This document shows, piece after piece, positions 57,631 through 64,000 of a stretch of DNA of 64,000 bases (position 1 is its first letter; each line of letters opens with the position of its first letter). The stretch comes from Eledone cirrhosa (lineage: Eukaryota). The translations under genes and the position numbers were made by a program. Location of the stretch: positions 358,360,001 through 358,424,000 of the forward strand of contig OZ024743.1 in the NCBI GenBank assembly GCA_964016885.1, written 5' to 3'. The notes under the pieces were generated by a model, which saw only the letters and a list, made by a program, of their open reading frames with translations, searched no databases and was not told where the DNA came from.

Positions 57631-57980
57631 AGGGCGGTATGGGCAGTATCGGTAGAGGGTCGGACGCCATGCTTTGCAGCATAGAGTTACGGCCCTTTAT
57701 GATATGAGGTTAACTTTGCCTTTCATCCTTTCGGGGTCGATAAAAAATGTGCCAAAAGTAAAAACAATTATTATTATCTTTGGGCGGTGGATTGGCAGTA
57801 TCGGTAGAGGGTCTGACGCCATGCTTTGCAGCATAGAATTACGGCCCTTTATGATCTGAGTTCAAATCCCGCCGTGGTTAGCTTTGCCTTTCATCCTTAC
57901 AGAGTCGATAAAATAAAGCACCAGTAATGCACTGAGATAATTGCTGGCCTTGTGTCAAAAGTAGACATAATTATTATTAT
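57631..57980 (+). mobile_element. Tandem SINE pair (first internally deleted)
   Basis: Two heads at ~57631 and 57782, ATTATTATCT spacers. Confidence 0.88.
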
Positions 57981-58626
57981 CTTTGTTAATTACTATTTCT
58001 TATAGAATTGTTGCTAACTATTTTTCTATTATTTCTTTTATAATTTTCCTTGATTTTGTTAAGTTTTTCTACAAGAATTGTCTCTGTATGAAAAATATAT
58101 TCCTTTCAACTGGCAATTACCAGCTCTTATGAACAATTCGCATTGTCTGTCATGGCCAACGAAATAGTGAGGCGCTAACACCATCTGCATTGCTGTCATC
58201 TGAATGAGCGTGTAAACATGTTACAGAATATTACTTCAGTCGAATTTATGATTACAGTCTACATTATGTATTGAGTACTCTTCCTCTCGTTCGTTATAAT
58301 GAAAGTATGTGGGGGATGTAGTTCAAGGAAACAAAAAATAGGGGTACAAAAAATCTTATTGGTTTCACGCTTTACATTGAAAAGGGTAAAGAAAGTTCGA
58401 AGTGTTCGGCTTTAGTCCTTCTTCGGGAGTACAAAAAAGAGACAGGGTCACAAAGGATAGATACAGAAAATAAAAGGTAGTCCAAGTAAAGCAAAAAAAA
58501 AAAACGAAAATAAAGAGAGTAAACAAGACAAACCGTTAGGTAGTCTTGGTAACTATTTTGGAACGCAAAGTGAAGTAGTGTCGATATTATGTATGAGTGT
58601 ATGTGTATGTTTAAACGTGTTTTTTT

Positions 58627-58714
<88 letters not shown>

Positions 58715-59080
58715 AGCGAGAATCGCATTTCGGCGGGTAGAAATTAGCGAAACGCAACTTCCATATTGTCTGACAAGCGCTCCATGGATATGAAGAAGAT
58801 ACCAGAGCTATAAACATAAGTTAAAATGGTCATACACGCTGAGACGATGGTTAAGAAGCCATTAACCACCATAGCCAAAAAAGCGAATGTTGTTTGCTAT
58901 CAGAGCAAACATCACGGACGCTCTATCTCAAAATTATTTTTGAAAAGCATTAGAAATGCGCAACCGGTAAAACTTAAAACCAAAACTGAATACTAACCAA
59001 TACTATTACTAATACTCACTTATTCCTAATTAAACTATTTTTCACTGTCAACAATTTGTCAGCATTTTCTTTTCCGTTTA

Positions 59081-59162
<82 letters not shown>

Positions 59163-59727
59163 AAGTTATATTTAAAATTGTTGGGTTACAACTAGTAAAT
59201 ATTTATAACTGATATAAAAGCACTCGACAAATACTTGGAGTATATTTACAATATTAAATAAATGGAAAACTATATTTATAAAACCATATCTATTTCATTA
59301 TATATATTTCGGGGATATCATATTAACAATATGCTATGCCTTCATCAGACAAAATACAATATAAACAGTTTTATAGATAAATATATTCGACATACCGTAA
59401 TAAACATCAACTTCATTTGAAGAGGTTCACTCTAGCAGTGAAAATACAGAGAGAAAGAAAGAGAGAGAGAAAAGAGGGAAATAAGAAAGAAAGAAAGACA
59501 AAACGAAGAAAAGGAAGAAAAAGAAGAAAAAGAAGAAATGCATGGGACAAAATAGAGAGATGGAAAAATAGATAAAGCGAAGAGCTTCATGTAAAGAGAC
59601 CGAAAGAGATATATATATATATAGAGAGAGAGAGGAAATAGAGATAGATACATATATAAATATAGATATAGAAATAGAAAAATTAGGTAGTGGGAGGTCA
59701 TTTTGAGTAAGTGTATCAATGATGCAT

Positions 59728-59762
<35 letters not shown>

Positions 59763-60438
59763 GCTCAAGTATTAATGTAAGGGAGATATATAGAGAGATA
59801 TAGAGAGATATAGAGAGAGAAAAATTTAAAAATAGCCAGACATATTCGAGGCGTAGAAAACCCTATGTTTTAATGTATTAGTATTTATAAAACTTACACT
59901 ATATTGTAAATATCAGTATTCCTGAATGAAACAAGTATTCACAATGCGTGAAAATTCATTATCTTATGTTTAGTTTTTTAAAAAAATTCATGTCTATGTG
60001 AATCCAACTGATTCACTCCGCAAATTCAAAGTTACCGGAAAACATTCTCAATGTGGTATAACAAATTTGAGCGTATTATTATTCTTGCGATTACTCTACA
60101 AGATTATCTATCAAGCAGAAATAGAGAGCAGATTTCAATATACTAATCGAAAATATATATTATATTATAAGCAGAGATAACAATAATAATGATAATAAGT
60201 AAAAATATATAAAAATATAAAAATATAGAATAGAAAACTAAAAAAGAATATTATGAAAGAATATTACATAATAAAAATATTGCATATTAAAAATACTACG
60301 TATTAAAAATATTACGTATTAAAACTTTACATATAAAAATATTAAAAATATTAAAAATAAAAATTTACATATAAAAAAAAAATTTACATATAAAAATATT
60401 AAAAATAAAAATAAAATAAAAATAAAAATAAACCTTTC

Positions 60439-62136
60439 GTGCCCAGGAAACCGAAGATCAATATGAAGGACCACAAGAGGAATTTTGAGATTGACCTGCC
60501 AGTTAGATTAATCGCACCTTCAAAATCGGACCTGGGCAAATTAAGCAAAAACATTCTTGACAGGGTGATACTGCAAATTAAGAACTTGGATTATGTATCT
60601 AACCTGAGCTTGTGGAAGGGAACTGGAGAGGTTGTTGAGTGGTTTAGGCAAATTAAATATGACAATAATAATAGGTTTATTCAACTTGATATAGCTAACT
60701 ATTATTCTTCTATTACCCCTAGTCTACTAAATAAGGCACTAAATTACGCATTCAAACATACGGACCTAACTAGCAAAGAAATGCATATTATATTATCGGC
60801 TAGGAAAACTTTGATAGAATTTGATGACAAATTATGGACCAGAGCAGATAGAGATAGCAATTTTGACATAACTATGGGATCTTCCGACTCAGCTCAAGTA
60901 ACTGACCTTGTGGGCTTATTTTTAATCAATTCGCTACATAGGAAAATACCTGGTACTACCGGAGGTTTATATAGGGATGACATGCTTTTACTTATTAATA
61001 ATAATAACCCTGAACTAAATAGAAAATGTAAACAAATTACAAAATTTTTTAATTACTTTAACCTTAAAATAGAAATTGAGAACAACCATAGAATAGTCAA
61101 TTTCCTAGATATAACATTAAATCTCAACACATGTCTCCACTATCCTTTTCACAAGTTGAATGAAAACTTAAACTATGTCAACTTTAACTCTAACCACCCC
61201 AGATCTGTCAAAAACACTATAGTAAACTCAGTCCAAAAACGTATCTCTAGGATCTCGTCGAATAGAAAGATTTTTGACGAAAAGGCCCAATACTATAATG
61301 ATGCACTAGCTAGGGCAGGGTATGCTGATAAGATTGTGTACATAGATAATGATAAACAAACTAAACAAAGTAACAACTTTTTTAATTATGGCAACAACAT
61401 TAACAACTATAATAGAAAGCATTACAATAATTCCAAAGGACAAAAAAGAAATAGAACTAGGAACATAATTTGGTTTGCCCCCCCCCCCCCTTTCTCACTA
61501 AACATTAAAACCCACATCGCTAAATTATTTTTCAAAGCTCTTGATAATCGCTTCCCTAGAACACATAGGTACCACTCAATCTTCAATAGGCATACAATTA
61601 AATTAACCTACTCATCCACCAAAAATTTAGCACAAAATATTAATAGAATAAATAATAGGAACTTAAAACCTACTGATAATAGCATAAATAATATACAAGT
61701 TAACAAATGTAACTGTAGAGATAGATCTAAATGTCCGTTAAATAACAACTGCTTAGTTAAAAATATAGTATACAATTGTAATGTTAATACTGACTCTAAT
61801 TCTTTTAACTACGTCGGTTCCACATCGACGGAATTTAAACTTCGCTATAATAACCACAAGAATTCTTTCACAGATCCAAATAAAAAATCTTCAACTGCAC
61901 TATCAGGTGTACTCTGGCAACTTAAGCTAGATAACGTTAGATATTCGACGGCTTGGAATATAGTCTCAAGAGGGATTCCTTTTAATTCATCCTCTGAGAC
62001 ATGTGACCTCTGCGCAGAGGAGATATTCTTTATACTAAAATCTAAAAATTCCCTTAACCTACGGACAAATTTATTCAGTTGTTGCAAACATAGATTAAAC
62101 TCAACGTTTAAATATAAATTTAAATTTAAAATGTAG
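60439..62136 (+). CDS. PLE reverse transcriptase + GIY-YIG endonuclease (N-terminally truncated; clade possibly Nematis-like)
   Basis: 565 codons without a stop: KDHK..F...PVRLIAPSKS, FIQLDIANYYSSI, FDITMGSSD, LYRDD, FLDITLNL, NSNHP, CNCR...CPL...CL..NIVY...YVGST..FK.RY.NH, CDLC..E...LN...C.H. Confidence 0.92.
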   Translation: MPRKPKINMKDHKRNFEIDLPVRLIAPSKSDLGKLSKNILDRVILQIKNLDYVSNLSLWKGTGEVVEWFRQIKYDNNNRFIQLDIANYYSSITPSLLNKALNYAFKHTDLTSKEMHIILSARKTLIEFDDKLWTRADRDSNFDITMGSSDSAQVTDLVGLFLINSLHRKIPGTTGGLYRDDMLLLINNNNPELNRKCKQITKFFNYFNLKIEIENNHRIVNFLDITLNLNTCLHYPFHKLNENLNYVNFNSNHPRSVKNTIVNSVQKRISRISSNRKIFDEKAQYYNDALARAGYADKIVYIDNDKQTKQSNNFFNYGNNINNYNRKHYNNSKGQKRNRTRNIIWFAPPPPFSLNIKTHIAKLFFKALDNRFPRTHRYHSIFNRHTIKLTYSSTKNLAQNINRINNRNLKPTDNSINNIQVNKCNCRDRSKCPLNNNCLVKNIVYNCNVNTDSNSFNYVGSTSTEFKLRYNNHKNSFTDPNKKSSTALSGVLWQLKLDNVRYSTAWNIVSRGIPFNSSSETCDLCAEEIFFILKSKNSLNLRTNLFSCCKHRLNSTFKYKFKFKM

Positions 62137-63387
62137 TATATTTAGTTTGATTTATGTTTATATGAGAACTAGCCGATAAATCTTTTGATTCCTAAATCTT
62201 TGATTCCCTCTTTTTACTCTTTTTATTGTTTATTTTATTTTATTTATTTTTATTTTTATTTTTATTTTTATTTTTATTTTTATTTTTATTTTTATTTTTA
62301 TTTTTATTTTTATTTTTATCTAAACATTCCTCATGAAAAATTAAGCTACCCTAAAAGCCGATGCTCCAAATTTTCTGAATTAACCTTACACTTGATAAAC
62401 TTATATATTAAATATAGGAACATATGTAGACATTATTGGACATCATAATCTTTTTTGCGATATTCCTTGCTAGATGTGATTTGATAGATAATTTTTGGCT
62501 TTGTCTTGTAGTGAACTTGGCAATATATTGTCAATTAACCTTGAAGGGTTGTTCTTTGTGGTTTATTTTTATTTTTATTTTCATTTTTATTTTTATTTTT
62601 ATTTTTATTTTTATTTTTATTTTTATTTTTATTTTTATTTTTATTTTTATTTTTATTTTTATTTTTATTTTTTTAGTATTGTAGTATTCTATAATATTTT
62701 TATATTTTTATTTTTTATTTTTATTTTTATTTTATTTTTATTTTTAATATTTTTATATGTAAATTTTTTTTTTATATGTAAATTTTTATTTTTAATATTT
62801 TTAATATTTTTTTATATGTAAAGTTTTAATACGTAATATTTTTAATACGTAGTATTTTTAATATGCAATATTTTTATTATGTAATATTCTTTCATAATAT
62901 TCTTTTTTAGTTTTCTATTCTATATTTTTATATTTTTATATATTTTTACTTATTATCATTATTATTGTTATCTCTGCTTATAATATAATATATATTTTCG
63001 ATTAGTATATTGAAATCTGCTCTCTATTTCTGCTTGATAGATAATCTTGTAGAGTAATCGCAAGAATAATAATACGCTCAAATTTTTTATACCACATTGA
63101 GAATGTTTTCCGGTAACTTTGAATTTGCGGAGTGAATCAGTTGGATTCACATAGACATATGAATTTTTTTAAAAAACTAAACATAAGATAATGAATTTTC
63201 ACGCATTGTGAATACTTGTTTCATTCAGGAATACTGATATTTACAATATAGTGTAAGTTTTATAAATACTAATACATTAAAACATAGGGTTTTCTACGCC
63301 TCGAATATGTCTGGCTATTTTTAAATTTTTCTCTCTATATATCTCTCTATATCTCTCTATATATCTCCCTTACATTAATACTTGAGC

Positions 63388-63422
<35 letters not shown>

Positions 63423-63793
63423 ATGCATCATTGATACACTTACTCAAAATGACCTCCCACTACCTAATTTTTCTATTTCTATATCTATATTTATATATGT
63501 ATCTATCTCTATTTCCTCTCTCTCTATATATATATATATATCTCTTTCGGTCTCTTTACATGAAGCTCTTCGCTTTATCTATTTTTCCATCTCTCTATTT
63601 TGTCCCATGCATTTCTTCTTTTTCTTCTTTTTCTTCCTTTTCTTCGTTTTGTCTTTCTTTCTTTCTTATTTCCCTCTTTTCTCTCTCTCTTTCTTTCTCT
63701 CTGTATTTTCACTGCTAGAGTGAACCTCTTCAAATGAAGTTGATGTTTATTACGGTATGTCGAATATATTTATCTATAAAACTGTTTATATTG

Positions 63794-63859
63794 TATTTTG
63801 TCTGATGAAGGCATAGCATATTGTTAATATGATATCCCCGAAATATATATAATGAAATA
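63794..63859 (+). ncRNA. Hammerhead ribozyme in PLE 3' UTR (mirror copy 59291-59356 minus)
   Basis: tattttgt-CTGATGA-a-gg..catatt/aatatg..cc-GAAA-tatata-TA-atgaaata; helix I includes G.U pairs. Confidence 0.78.
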
Positions 63860-63897
63860 GATATGGTTTTATAAATATAGTTTTCCATTTATTTAAT

Positions 63898-63969
<72 letters not shown>

Positions 63970-64000
63970 TAGAAGGGATATTTAATTTGTTGGAAATACA

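Larger units (their letters stand above)
59160..63903 (+). mobile_element. Young 5'-truncated Penelope-like element with 1.19-kb inverted 3' end, inserted in (TA)n
   Basis: Arms 59247-60432/62714-63903 near-identical; extra tail 59160-59246; (TA)n at 59084-59159 and 63902-63966. Confidence 0.93.

Noticed and set aside
59432-63718. Duplicated 95-aa and 60-aa ORFs
   Set aside because: Incidental frames mirrored in the inverted arms.
59247-63903. TIR DNA transposon
   Set aside because: The ORF is RT+GIY-YIG, the arms are the 3' UTR with an HHR, and the ends are asymmetric.

Overview
AT-rich, microsatellite-laden eukaryotic DNA with no convincing host protein-coding gene. The repeat repertoire and density suggest an octopus/coleoid cephalopod genome (inference). 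Almost everything interpretable is mobile-element derived. (i) Penelope-like retroelements (PLEs): a GIY-YIG 3' end at 1-510, a frameshifted Neptune-type RT at ~9.4-11.5 kb, and an uninterrupted 565-aa RT+GIY-YIG ORF at 60.4-62.1 kb. (ii) About 20 hammerhead-ribozyme (HHR) motifs of many sequence families. (iii) CRE-, R4/Dong-, RTE- and CR1/Jockey-type LINE fragments. (iv) Helitrons, one carrying histone 3' stem-loop motifs. (v) About 25 copies of a tRNA-derived SINE, plus several MITEs. The most striking structure recurs at least eight times: two copies of an HHR-bearing PLE 3' end are fused head-to-head into a palindrome (0.1-4.7 kb) embedded in (TA)n. One arm ends at the family's true 3' end and the other stops short at a TA microhomology, suggesting a two-ended (overlapping twin-priming) insertion mechanism into self-complementary TA repeats. 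One insert is a circularly permuted 454-bp HHR unit that resembles a retrozyme copied from a circular RNA. Coordinates were read by eye and may be off by a few bases.
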